This document shows positions 26,175-38,460 of a stretch of DNA of 64,000 nucleotides, one piece after another. This DNA comes from Hormiphora californensis (Eukaryota > Animalia > Ctenophora), in NCBI GenBank assembly GCA_020137815.1, contig CM035353.1, positions 3,782,001 to 3,846,000 of the forward strand, written 5' to 3'. The translations under genes were made by a program, and so were the position numbers. The number at the start of each line of letters is the position of its first letter. The stretch's first letter is position 1. The notes beneath the pieces were generated by a model. It saw only the letters and a list, made by a program, of their open reading frames with translations. It was not told where the DNA came from and ran no database searches.

Positions 26175-29100
26175 AGCTAGATGGACCCCTGGTTTCTGGC
26201 ATGTTAACAGGGAGCGAAGTCTAGACGGTCCCAGAGACCACCCAACCCTTTTAAATTTGCAATTCAGAATACACATGAGATGTGGGAAGTAGCGATCCCA
26301 CTATATCTTGCCAGTGCCTCAGCCCCATACCCCGCCAGTGATTAGCTAAATTGAGCCTGCTCAATGTGTGTGTATGTTTACTGATCTTCCTCCTGGTGTT
26401 CCAACCCCCTCTACTAATGTATTGTCCGGTTAGCAACCGTGATGGAACTTGAATGGTGGCTGTCTACCCACAGTGCTGGCCGTGTAGTGGAGATATTCCC
26501 GTAGTGCCATTTCAAGCACACTAAATGTGTGGTAGTACGGGTCAGTGCAAGATATACGAGGTGATCGCTATTAGAACACAAGGATTGTTTCTATCCTGAA
26601 TTGCGAGTATAAGAGGATGTGAAATCCAGTACTACTGGTTGGGAAAGTAATGGCCGAATGCGTATGAGAGCTAGATGGACCCCTGGTTTCTGGCATGTTA
26701 ACAGGGAGCGAAGTCTAGACGGTCCCAGAGACCACCCAACCCTTTTAAATTTGCAATTCAGAATACACATGAGATGTGGGAAGTAGCGATCCCACTATAT
26801 CTTGCCAGTGCCTCAGCCCCATACCCCGCCAGTGATTAGCTAAATTGAGCCTGCTCAATGTGTGTGTATGTTTACTGATCTTCCTCCTGGTGTTCCAACC
26901 CCCTCTACTAATGTATTGTCCGGTTAGCAACCGTGATGGAACTTGAATGGTGGCTGTCTACCCACAGTGCTGGCCGTGTAGTGGAGATATTCCCGTAGTG
27001 CCATTTCAAGCACACTAAATGTGTGGTAGTACGGGTCAGTGCAAGATATACGAGGTGATCGCTATTAGAACACAAGGATTGTTTCTATCCTGAATTGCGA
27101 GTATAAGAGGATGTGAAATCCAGTACTACTGGTTGGGAAAGTAATGGCCGAATGCGTATGAGAGCTAGATGGACCCCTGGTTTCTGGCATGTTAACAGGG
27201 AGCGAAGTCTAGACGGTCCCAGAGACCACCCAACCCTTTTAAATTTGCAATTCAGAATACACATGAGATGTGGGAAGTAGCGATCCCACTATATCTTGCC
27301 AGTGCCTCAGCCCCATACCCCGCCAGTGATTAGCTAAATTGAGCCTGCTCAATGTGTGTGTATGTTTACTGATCTTCCTCCTGGTGTTCCAACCCCCTCT
27401 ACTAATGTATTGTCCGGTTAGCAACCGTGATGGAACTTGAATGGTGGCTGTCTACCCACAGTGCTGGCCGTGTAGTGGAGATATTCCCGTAGTGCCATTT
27501 CAAGCACACTAAATGTGTGGTAGTACGGGTCAGTGCAAGATATACGAGGTGATCGCTATTAGAACACAAGGATTGTTTCTATCCTGAATTGCGAGTATAA
27601 GAGGATGTGAAATCCAGTACTACTGGTTGGGAAAGTAATGGCCGAATGCGTATGAGAGCTAGATGGACCCCTGGTTTCTGGCATGTTAACAGGGAGCGAA
27701 GTCTAGACGGTCCCAGAGACCACCCAACCCTTTTAAATTTGCAATTCAGAATACACATGAGATGTGGGAAGTAGCGATCCCACTATATCTTGCCAGTGCC
27801 TCAGCCCCATACCCCGCCAGTGATTAGCTAAATTGAGCCTGCTCAATGTGTGTGTATGTTTACTGATCTTCCTCCTGGTGTTCCAACCCCCTCTACTAAT
27901 GTATTGTCCGGTTAGCAACCGTGATGGAACTTGAATGGTGGCTGTCTACCCACAGTGCTGGCCGTGTAGTGGAGATATTCCCGTAGTGCCATTTCAAGCA
28001 CACTAAATGTGTGGTAGTACGGGTCAGTGCAAGATATACGAGGTGATCGCTATTAGAACACAAGGATTGTTTCTATCCTGAATTGCGAGTATAAGAGGAT
28101 GTGAAATCCAGTACTACTGGTTGGGAAAGTAATGGCCGAATGCGTATGAGAGCTAGATGGACCCCTGGTTTCTGGCATGTTAACAGGGAGCGAAGTCTAG
28201 ACGGTCCCAGAGACCACCCAACCCTTTTAAATTTGCAATTCAGAATACACATGAGATGTGGGAAGTAGCGATCCCACTATATCTTGCCAGTGCCTCAGCC
28301 CCATACCCCGCCAGTGATTAGCTAAATTGAGCCTGCTCAATGTGTGTGTATGTTTACTGATCTTCCTCCTGGTGTTCCAACCCCCTCTACTAATGTATTG
28401 TCCGGTTAGCAACCGTGATGGAACTTGAATGGTGGCTGTCTACCCACAGTGCTGGCCGTGTAGTGGAGATATTCCCGTAGTGCCATTTCAAGCACACTAA
28501 ATGTGTGGTAGTACGGGTCAGTGCAAGATATACGAGGTGATCGCTATTAGAACACAAGGATTGTTTCTATCCTGAATTGCGAGTATAAGAGGATGTGAAA
28601 TCCAGTACTACTGGTTGGGAAAGTAATGGCCGAATGCGTATGAGAGCTAGATGGACCCCTGGTTTCTGGCATGTTAACAGGGAGCGAAGTCTAGACGGTC
28701 CCAGAGACCACCCAACCCTTTTAAATTTGCAATTCAGAATACACATGAGATGTGGGAAGTAGCGATCCCACTATATCTTGCCAGTGCCTCAGCCCCATAC
28801 CCCGCCAGTGATTAGCTAAATTGAGCCTGCTCAATGTGTGTGTATGTTTACTGATCTTCCTCCTGGTGTTCCAACCCCCTCTACTAATGTATTGTCCGGT
28901 TAGCAACCGTGATGGAACTTGAATGGTGGCTGTCTACCCACAGTGCTGGCCGTGTAGTGGAGATATTCCCGTAGTGCCATTTCAAGCACACTAAATGTGT
29001 GGTAGTACGGGTCAGTGCAAGATATACGAGGTGATCGCTATTAGAACACAAGGATTGTTTCTATCCTGAATTGCGAGTATAAGAGGATGTGAAATCCAGT

Positions 29101-29875
29101 ACTACTGGTTGGGAAAGTAATGGCCGAATGCGTATGAGAGCTAGATGGACCCCTGGTTTCTGGCATGTTAACAGGGAGCGAAGTCTAGACGGTCCCAGAG
29201 ACCACCCAACCCTTTTAAATTTGCAATTCAGAATACACATGAGATGTGGGAAGTAGCGATCCCACTATATCTTGCCAGTGCCTCAGCCCCATACCCCGCC
29301 AGTGATTAGCTAAATTGAGCCTGCTCAATGTGTGTGTATGTTTACTGATCTTCCTCCTGGTGTTCCAACCCCCTCTACTAATGTATTGTCCGGTTAGCAA
29401 CCGTGATGGAACTTGAATGGTGGCTGTCTACCCACAGTGCTGGCCGTGTAGTGGAGATATTCCCGTAGTGCCATTTCAAGCACACTAAATGTGTGGTAGT
29501 ACGGGTCAGTGCAAGATATACGAGGTGATCGCTATTAGAACACAAGGATTGTTTCTATCCTGAATTGCGAGTATAAGAGGATGTGAAATCCAGTACTACT
29601 GGTTGGGAAAGTAATGGCCGAATGCGTATGAGAGCTAGATGGACCCCTGGTTTCTGGCATGTTAACAGGGAGCGAAGTCTAGACGGTCCCAGAGACCACC
29701 CAACCCTTTTAAATTTGCAATTCAGAATACACATGAGATGTGGGAAGTAGCGATCCCACTATATCTTGCCAGTGCCTCAGCCCCATACCCCGCCAGTGAT
29801 TAGCTAAATTGAGCCTGCTCAATGTGTGTGTATGTTTACTGATCTTCCTCCTGGTGTTCCAACCCCCTCTACTAA
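26175..29875 (+). repeat. 494-bp tandem array, ~7.5 apparently identical units
   Basis: ORF track recurs every 494 bp (26251...29215); ends at ...ctactaa before the duplicated TATCATATATGAT. Confidence 0.98.
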
Positions 29876-32727
29876 TATCATATATGATACTATCGCCCGT
29901 AAGGGAATTCTAGTAACAAATCTAAATTGTACAAGTTTGTGGGTGCTATGGCATAAATTTATGCTTTCATGTGGTATTTAGCTACAAGTTCTACAATCGT
30001 GAACGGTTTTTACCAGGAAAAGAACCCAAATTAGAGATTTGTATCATATATGATACTATCGTCCTAAGGGTAAATTCTCCTAAAACATACATAATTCGGG
30101 CTAGAAAAGGAGCTAAGAGACAAATCAGGGCACTAAAATGTGTAGAATTATCGCATTAGTGGGGGTAGAGCACATATTTAGGTCGCTATCTGGACCCCTA
30201 ATTGAGATAATTGGATAATTAGCTAATTATCTGTCCCGCGCATACTAATTATTCATGAAACTTTGCTCTGGGAAGGAGTTATGAGACAAATGGGGGCACT
30301 AAAATGTGTAGAATCATCAAATTAGTGGGGGTAGAGCACATATTTAGGTCGCTATCTGGATCCATAATTGAGATAATTGGATAATTAGCTAATTAGTTGC
30401 TCTGGAGCGCTAATAAATGAGACTAGGCGGAGTATACAAGACAAGTGAGGGCACTAAAATGTGTAAAATCATCGCCTTAGCGGGGGTAGAGCACATAGCT
30501 GAGTTTCTATTCCCACTTCTAATTGAGATAATTGGATAATTAGCTAATTGACGGTTGCACACCGTCCACTTTTCACCAAATCCCGTGGTTTCTAGGTAAT
30601 CCTGAGCTCTTTTGCTCAATCTAAGGATCTTCTGACAACCCCTAACCCCATTTGTATCACCTATGACTCGTTTTACACAATAGTATAGCACTCGATACAA
30701 CCCTAGACACTGCCTTCAGCTCTTTAGAACCCTCTTGCTCCATCCTAGACCTCTCATACATCCAAGATCCAACTACAATCCTATAGAATTTTTATATCCT
30801 ATTGCTCCTACAACACGTTCAACCTCTAATGTACTACAGTTTCCCATATTTATTGTTTGGACACACGGTTATAGGGGTTTAGGGATATTAGGGGATGTCA
30901 GAAGATCCTTAGATTGAACAAAAGAGCTCAGGATTACCTAGAAACCACGGGATTTGGTGAAAAGTGGACGGTGTGCAACCGTCAATTAGCTAATTATCCA
31001 ATTATCTCATTTAGGAGTTGGAATAGAAACTCAGCTATGTGCTCTACCTCCACTAAGGCGATGATTTTACACATTTTAGTGCCCCTACTTGTCTTGGATA
31101 CTCCACAAAGTCTCATTTATTAGCGCTCCAGGGCAACTAATTAGCTAATTATCCAATTATCTCAATTATGGATCCAGATAGCGACCTAAATATGTGCTCT
31201 ACCCCCACTAATTTGATGATTCTACACATTTTAGTGCCCCCATTTGTCTCATAACTCCTTCCCAGAGCAAAGTTTCATGAATAATTAGTATGCGCGGGAC
31301 AGATAATTAGCTAATTATCCAATTATCTCAATTAGGGGTCCAGATAGCGACCTAAATATGTGCTCTACCCCCACTAATGCGATGATTCTACACATTTTAG
31401 TGCCCTGATTTGTCTCTTAGCTCCTTTTCTAGCCCGAATTATGTATGTTTTAGGAGAATTTACCCTTAGGACGATAGTATCATATATGATACAAATCTCT
31501 AATTTGGGTTCTTTTCCTGGTAAAAACCGTTCACGAATGTAGAGCTTGTAGCTACAAACCTCATGAAAGCATGAATTTATGCCATAACACCCACAAACTT
31601 GTACAATTTAGATTTGTTACTAGAATTCCCTTACGGGCGATAGTATCATATATGCTACAGTGGGCCCAGCAAAAACTACATGTCGGAATTACAAATTTCC
31701 TTTTCGAGGCGTTTTGTGTTGATAACATCTACTTATAAACGAAAAATTAGACAATTCTATCGAGCCAATCCTTCTCGCCGTCAAAGGGTTAATAACTCAT
31801 TCAATTTTCAATATTTTTTGATGCGGCTTTTTGCATTCGGTCGGTTATAACGAGCACTTTTATTCCTTCAAAGGATTAGTTGTGCCCCTAAAAAACAAAA
31901 AAATGAGAAATGTTTTTTAAAAAAGGCCGAAATTAGCCTCCTTAGAAGGGCTATAAAATTTTTTTCTTGATTTTCTGAGCTGATCTGGACGTGGTTTTAG
32001 GTTCATAATCCCTAAAACTAGCTTGTGACAAAATATGGGCCACCTAGATAAAACATAAGGACTTCCAGGCCGCCTAGAATAAACTGTAGCATATATGCTC
32101 TGTCGCCGTCAAAGGGTTATCCAGTAAGTTGCAATTGCTATCAACTGAGGATGTTATCTGAGATGCCCATGCCCACTGACATAGTTAGTTAGCTTCTGTT
32201 GCTACTTGGAACTGATGATTCTTAGAACACTACAAAAGCTGATAATAAAGAAAGGACTAATTTGATAAGGAGTGGTTCGTCAAACAACAAGTCCAAAAAG
32301 TTTATACTTAAAATGAGCAAGATTTTTATGGCCAGATCTTGGCAGGTAAGAAATAATTGCTATGAATTGAGGCTGTTATATGTTATCTGAGATGTCCAAT
32401 AACATGTGGAAATGTTGATACTGAGTTAACTGAATATAATTAATAAAGAAGCAGTGATATAATTACACTAGTGCTAGACACGAACTAGGCTTTCCCTATC
32501 CGGGAAGAGCGGAGATCAAGGGAGAAGTGGACCCCAAGCGGTTCAAGGATCAAACCAACCTGGTGACCCCGACCCCGGCAGAGCGGATGGAGCTGATTCC
32601 TGTCGAACCCTGAACTTGCGAACCCCGGTAAGAAAGCAGAGGAGTTTCAGGAGGAGGGACGGAATTCGAGGGAAAAGGGATAAGATATCAAACAATTGGG
32701 TAATCCTTATACGACCTATTTTTATAG

Positions 32728-32896
32728 GAACCCCCGGCGATGCAGTACCTGTCACCCACGTACCAACAGGATCCTAGCGAGGAATATGATCCGGCATTTC
32801 CGACCTACCAAGCGACCCCACCCTCCCTTTATACCTATGTCAGAAGAAGGAAACGATCCCAGAGCCCGATTTATCGAGTCAAGAGGAGCTCAACAG
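32728..32896 (+). pseudogene. Orphan exon of an unidentified repeated protein family (paralogues at 37692, 43434, 61943)
   Basis: tttatAG acceptor and G|GTCAGT donor; EPPAMQYLSPTYQQDPSEEYDPAFPTYQATPPSLYTYVRRRKRSQSPIYRVKRSST. Confidence 0.5.
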
Positions 32897-33264
32897 GTCA
32901 GTTAATTTATAGTTATGTATACTGTATAGTAAAGAGTAGCACAATTTTATCTTTATTTCATCTTCCAGCATAGTACATTGTATTGTGGTTTTATGTTATT
33001 AACACATTTAAGTTATAGTTAACATATGTAATATGCATTATAGTAAATAGTCGCACAATTTATTTTTATTTTCTCGTCCACCCTCCCGGCTTCCAGCAGT
33101 ATCCGCAGTACTATGCGTATTGTCTGCCAGATATTGGGCCATTTAGTAAGTTCCTATTTCTGACAATTTTGCTCAACATCTTTATAGCTTATCAATACTC
33201 TTGCTCCAAATCACAATGCAAAGGCACCATATTGAATTGTATCTAATAATTACGAAATTTTCAG

Positions 33265-34026
33265 CTGGAGTTGAGAAACCGGCTGAACTGATTGCCAAGG
33301 GCATTATCAGACACCTGGGGGGGGTCCAGCCCTAAAAAAGCTAAGCTAACGGCCAAAATCAGGGTACCTTTAGCTTTTTTTAGCTTTTTTTAGCTTTTTT
33401 TAGCTTTTTTTAGCCTTTTTTAGCTTTTTTTAGCTTTATTTAGCTTTTTTTAGCTTTTTTTTAGCTTTTTTAAGGCTAAAAAAAGCTAAAAAAAGCTAAA
33501 AAAAGCTAAAAAAAGCTAAAATTGAGTTTTTAGTGGATTCATATAGGTTCGAATCCCGCTGACGCCAAATTTTTTAAACTTTTATTATAACGTTTTATAA
33601 CGTTTTTTGAACTTTTTTAAAACTATTTTTATCAAATTTGAATAATATTTTTATCGAAAAAATGTCTCCAGAAAATGGCAGTAGGGGTGGATACAGAAAT
33701 TGCTATGTATGGACATAAACGGTAGATTATGGTAAAAAATGTGCAGGAAATGAACAAATGCAGTCAATAGACGTCCGGAAGGATGAAAATTTAATGGAAA
33801 AGTGTCAAGATGAATGCTGAAAAAACATAAAAAGTAGGGCTAAAAAAAGCTAAAAAAAGCTAAAAAAAGCTAAAAAAAGCTAAAATAAAAAACGCTATCG
33901 ACCAAAATCAGGGTACCTTTAGCTTTTTTTAGGGCTGGACCCCCCCCACACCTTGAAAGACTTGGGATCAGCACTGACTGGGTTAAAGTTGTTGGCTGTG
34001 ACTGGTGCTCTACTAACACCGGAAGA
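33265..34026 (+). pseudogene. hAT-like transposase fragment split by a MITE
   Basis: Removing 33317-33947 plus one TSD copy gives in-frame GVEKPAELIAKGIIRHLERLGISTDWVKVVGCDWCSTNTGR, resembling the catalytic-Asp motif GCDGTxxNTG; 3' part repeated at ~40644-40722. Confidence 0.55.
33317..33947. mobile_element. 631-bp MITE with poly-G/poly-C termini and 6-bp TSD
   Basis: ACACCT|GGGGGGGGTCCAGCCCTAAAAAA...TTTTTTAGGGCTGGACCCCCCCC|ACACCT; internal (TAGCTTTTTT)n and (AAAAAAGCTA)n. Confidence 0.9.
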
Positions 34027-34668
34027 GTCATGAATCATCCAATCAGATATCATTATACGCATACTTAGATGTTATTTATATCATAAATATAAAGTAAAAA
34101 CGATCAAAAGATCAAAAGTATATGGTAATTAACAGTTTTAATGATATACAATATAGGCTGCAGGCGAAGGAGAAGACGAGTCCTACCAAATGCTATGAGC
34201 CAGGTATGGCACGATACTACGTGGAATGTTTGCTGGCAGGCTGTGTTATATGCTGTCTGAAAACTGTCACCTCTAACGTATAGTACCTAATCATGTAAAA
34301 ATTTACGGCATCATGTTCAAAATGATAATATGTATATAAAACGTTTTAGTTAATCTAACTTGGACATTTGCACAGTAGTGTAATATTTTTATAGCTTATA
34401 CATTTATTAAGTTAGAAATATAAAGTTTACTTGTGTATATATAGTATAACAAATTGGTTGGCTAAAATATCGTAGCAGATATAGTTCCGTGACTCTTTAT
34501 GATGGAACCCCAGATCTATATCATATCATAACCGGAAAAACGAAATCCAGGATTACATCAAGTACTGAGGCCTCATTACAGGCGAAGAATTTGACTAATA
34601 TTTAATACTGACTAAGGAAGTGTATAAGGGACGGCTCTGCCACAAGATACATGGAGGCGAAATCAAGC

Positions 34669-35435
34669 TTGTTCCAGAACCAACCTTGGTAGAGGGAAAG
34701 GATGTCACCTGCTACATCGATACTCCATTCAGTTCGACGTTTTTATGCCATAGCCAAGAGGTGGAACTATGTGTGCAAACTAGTGCCAGTAAGGCTAAAA
34801 ACTTCAAGTCACACGAATCGAGCATAGGTAGCGCTATTATTACTACTGAGAGTAGAAGGCAGAGAAGAGGAAAGACAACTTGTTCCAGAACCAACCTTGG
34901 TAGAGGGAAAGGATGTAACCTGCTACATCGATACTCCATTCAGTTCGACGTTTTTATGCCATAGCCAAGAGGTGGAACTATGTGTGCAAACTAGTGCCAG
35001 TAAGGCTAAAAACTTCAAGTCACACGAATCGAGCATAGGTAGCGCTATTATTACTACTGAGAGTAGAAGGCAGAGAAGAGGAAAGACAACTTGTTCCAGA
35101 ACCAACCTTGGTAGAGGGAAAGGATGTAACCTGCTACATCGATACTCCATTCAGTTCGACGTTTTTATGCCATAGCCAAGAGGTGGAACTATGTGTGCAA
35201 ACTAGTGCCAGTAAGGCTAAAAACTTCAAGTCACACGAATCGAGCATAGGTAGCGCTATTATTACTACTGAGAGTAGAAGGCAGAGAAGAGGAAAGACAA
35301 CTTGTTCCAGAACCAACCTTGGCAGAGGGAAAGGATGTGACCTGCTACATCGATACTCCATTCAGTTCGACGTTTTTATGCCATAGCCAAGAGGTGGAAT
35401 TATGCGTGCAAACTAGTGCAAGCAAGGCCAAAAAC
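34669..35435 (+). repeat. 211-bp tandem repeat, ~3.6 units
   Basis: cttgttccagaaccaaccttggtagagggaaagg recurs at 211-bp spacing (ORFs at 34712, 34923, 35134). Confidence 0.95.
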
Positions 35436-35710
35436 TAGTTAATTAAAATCGAAGGTCTAATGCCAACCAGGAACCTAAAGGACGTCATTCATCCAAGTAC
35501 TCACCATACTGAGGAGCAGCGAGGAGCAGCCCAATAACATGTGGAAGTGTTGATACGGAGTTTACTGAATATAATTAATAAAGAAGCAGTGATACAATTA
35601 CACTTGCTAGACACGAACTAGTTTTAAACAGAAGTCCGGGAATCTCTTTACCATGTATTGGATACTGCGGATAACAGAGGTTTGAACAGCCTTCGTGACA
35701 GATTAGATAC

Positions 35711-36864
35711 ATGAACTATGAACGTTTGTAGACTGGCGCGTTATCAAGTTGGCTGTTCCCAGCGCGAGCTGGGGACAGCCAACTGGAGTTTAATCGCCCG
35801 GCAGGGCGATTAAACTGGTTTAAATCCCGACGCCGATCCCGAGGCGCCAGCCGAGGGTGAGGGGGAGGTGATTTAAACCTATAACGCGATAGGCTAACAA
35901 ACGTTCATAGTTTATGAAACCCGATAGTAATTACACACAAATAAGAGACACATCACAAGGGGTAACACACAAGGACTACTGGCAAATAGTCAACAGACAC
36001 TCTCAAAATGTGTGTAGACTTAGTGTCTACTGTTCCTAACATGTTTGAGAAAGAGAGAGAAAGATTAGGGGCAAAACACACAGTGAGAGATATTGAACAG
36101 TAAAAGAGAGAATGAGAGAGAGAAACGAATGGAATGCGACTATTTTGCCTCTTGATGAGAGAGATAACATATATATATGAAACCCGATAGTTGATTTATC
36201 AGTCGTTTGAACATTTTACGCGCACACGTTAACTGCGAGCTGGGGGATTTAACACCCTGCTCGCTATTTATCAGACCAGTGCCCATTTTCACGCGTTTCT
36301 CTTCATTTCCATAACATGCGTGTAAATTTCCAAGTAATGAAAATGTGTGTAAACACACAGTTCTGTCAATAACAGAGAGGGGAACACATCTGCAACACTT
36401 TTCAATGTTATCTCTCTCATCAAGAGGCAAAATAGTCGCATTCCATTCGTTTCTCTCTCTCATTCTCTCTTTTACTGTTCAATATCTCTCACTGTGTGTT
36501 TTGCCCCTAATCTTTCTCTCTCTTTCTCAAACATGTTAGGAACAGTAGACACTAAGTCTACACACATTTTGAGAGTGTCTGTTGACTATTTGCCAGTAGT
36601 CCTTGTGTGTTACCCCTTGTGATGTGTCTCTTATTTGTGTGTAATTACTATCGGGTTTCATAAACTATGAACGTTTGTTAGCCTATCGCGTTATAGGTTT
36701 AAATCACCTCCCCCTCACCCTCGGCTGGCGCCTCGGGATCGGCGTCGGGATTTAAACCAGTTTAATCGCCCTGCCGGGCGATTAAACTCCAGTTGGCTGT
36801 CCCCAGCTCGCGCTGGGAACAGCCAACTTGATAACGCGCCAGTCTACAAACGTTCATAGTTCAT
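35711..36864. mobile_element. Composite foldback insertion with ~458-bp inverted arms, each ending in a ~200-bp hairpin-rich mini-element
   Basis: ATGAACTATGAACGTTTG...CAAACGTTCATAGTTCAT; absent from duplicate copy 2 (~42190-42215); no clear TSD. Confidence 0.85.
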
Positions 36865-38460
36865 TTGATAGCTAACCCGAACCCCCCCCCCCCCCCCCCC
36901 CCCCCCGAGATACTATCATGGATAGAGTTAACGATGTTGTAGAGCTCGACAAGGAGTAGCAGATTGAGCAGATTGAGCAGACATCGAGGACACAGAGAAG
37001 GTGGTGTTACCCTCCCGAACTCTTAAGATATTGCTTAGTCTAATGATTTGGTACTTATGGTTGACTAAAATTGAGTTCAGTTTCCGCACACCATCTTTCT
37101 TGTCGTTCTCGTATCTCAAACCTCGTTACAAAATATATGTAGCCTGGTACGGGACTTTTTCTTCAACCTAGCAGAATCGCTGACAACGAAATACGAATGA
37201 CTTGAGCCCTTTCGAGAGTGCTGTTGGTTTCGTCAAAACTAATGTGGTAAAATATTAGTATTTAACGAAATATTGATCATAGCAGTGGCATCCCTAGGGA
37301 ACGCCACCACAGAGGACCTTCTAAAGCGGAGAAGAGTCAGGTCATAATACGAATAAGAAGATCCCCCAGAAGGGGGAAATTTAATTACGATCTACAGCAT
37401 TTACATTGTATATTTATGTATTTGGAATCCCCTAAATGTATGGGTGGCGTTGCCCTACCCTAATTCTTCAGGAGCGACTTTCCACACTGGTGGTATACTA
37501 GTACAAAGAGTAAAGACACATAATATTCAAGAAAACACGGTGACTTTTGGGGCTGTGGCATTGCCACCACAGTTGAATAAGACATTTTTTGTGTTTTTTT
37601 CGTCGGTACCACACAGGTGGTACCGGCACAAAAGTATGAGAGGGTATTAAAACAATTAGGTAGTCCTTATACGACCTATATTTCTTTATAGGACCCCCCA
37701 GCTCTGCGATTCATATCGCCAACCTACCAAGGGCCTAACTCGGATTACGACCCCGCCTTCCCCACGAACCAAGACTCCCCCGGCCGTCCTTGTCAATATA
37801 TCTGCGGAGACGCAGACGGTCCCCGAGCCCTGTATACAGGGTGAAGAAGAGTTCCCACACCAGCATCACGTTAAGAAAAAAAGCTAAATAAGAGAAAATA
37901 GGACTCATGGTGGAGACAAATAAGAGTTTTAAGTCAGTACCACACAGAAGAAGAATATCTCTCATTTATGTGCATGCTTTGTTTTCAATTTATTATTTTT
38001 CAGGACATAATTAAAACATAATTAATCTGGAGACTAAATTAAAATCTACCGTATTTACCTAGTGTTGGAATCCCCCAAAAAGGGGGGAAGTTTTAACTTT
38101 TAAAGGTATAGGTGGCCTTGCCCTTCCAAACTCTTTTGGGACATATAGGAACGAAGACTCTTGAGGAAGAGTGAATCGCCATATAGGTGGCGAGCATAAA
38201 GGCAATAAAGACTGTTGCTTTTTTTAAAAGACGGTACCACACAGGTGGTATCCATGGATTTGAGCAAATATTAAAAGTAAAAAACTTAGATTTCCGAACA
38301 ACCGCTTGCACAGGCTATAGGAACCGCCACAATGAATAGTTGAACTACTCTGGGGGGGGACAATAAAATCTTAATATTCGGATTTTATACATTATATTTA
38401 CTTTTATCTGACGGTTCATTTGTGTGTATCTGACTCCGTACAAACTGTGTTTTACACATA

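Larger units (their letters stand above)
18836..31788 (+). mobile_element. Inner piggyBac-like element (TTAA TSD) carrying the 494-bp array
   Basis: TTAA|CCCTTTGACGGCGAC...CGCCGTCAAAGGG|TTAA; removing it restores ggcgccttaaatg-TTAA-taactcattc of the outer copy; internal inverted arms ~29890-31650. Confidence 0.93.
17060..32116 (-). mobile_element. Outer piggyBac-like non-autonomous element (TTAT TSD), interrupted by a sister copy
   Basis: TTAT|CCCTTTGACGGCGA...TCGCCGTCAAAGGG|TTAT; internal inverted arms ~17195-18815; same architecture as the uninterrupted relative at 50723-53202 in reverse orientation. Confidence 0.92.

Noticed and set aside
19631-29400. Repeated 61-aa ORF (MLTGQYISRGG...) as a multicopy gene
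   Set aside because: TTG start, short, no recognisable motif; a by-product of the 494-bp repeat
20041-29875. CRISPR array
   Set aside because: Whole units are identical with no unique spacers, no cas genes, eukaryotic context
33546-33567. tRNA gene
   Set aside because: Only a T-arm/B-box-like fragment; no D-arm, anticodon arm or acceptor stem
34620-35386. ORFs in the 211-bp repeat as proteins
   Set aside because: Unit length is not a multiple of 3, so the ORFs simply cycle through frames; no domain recognised
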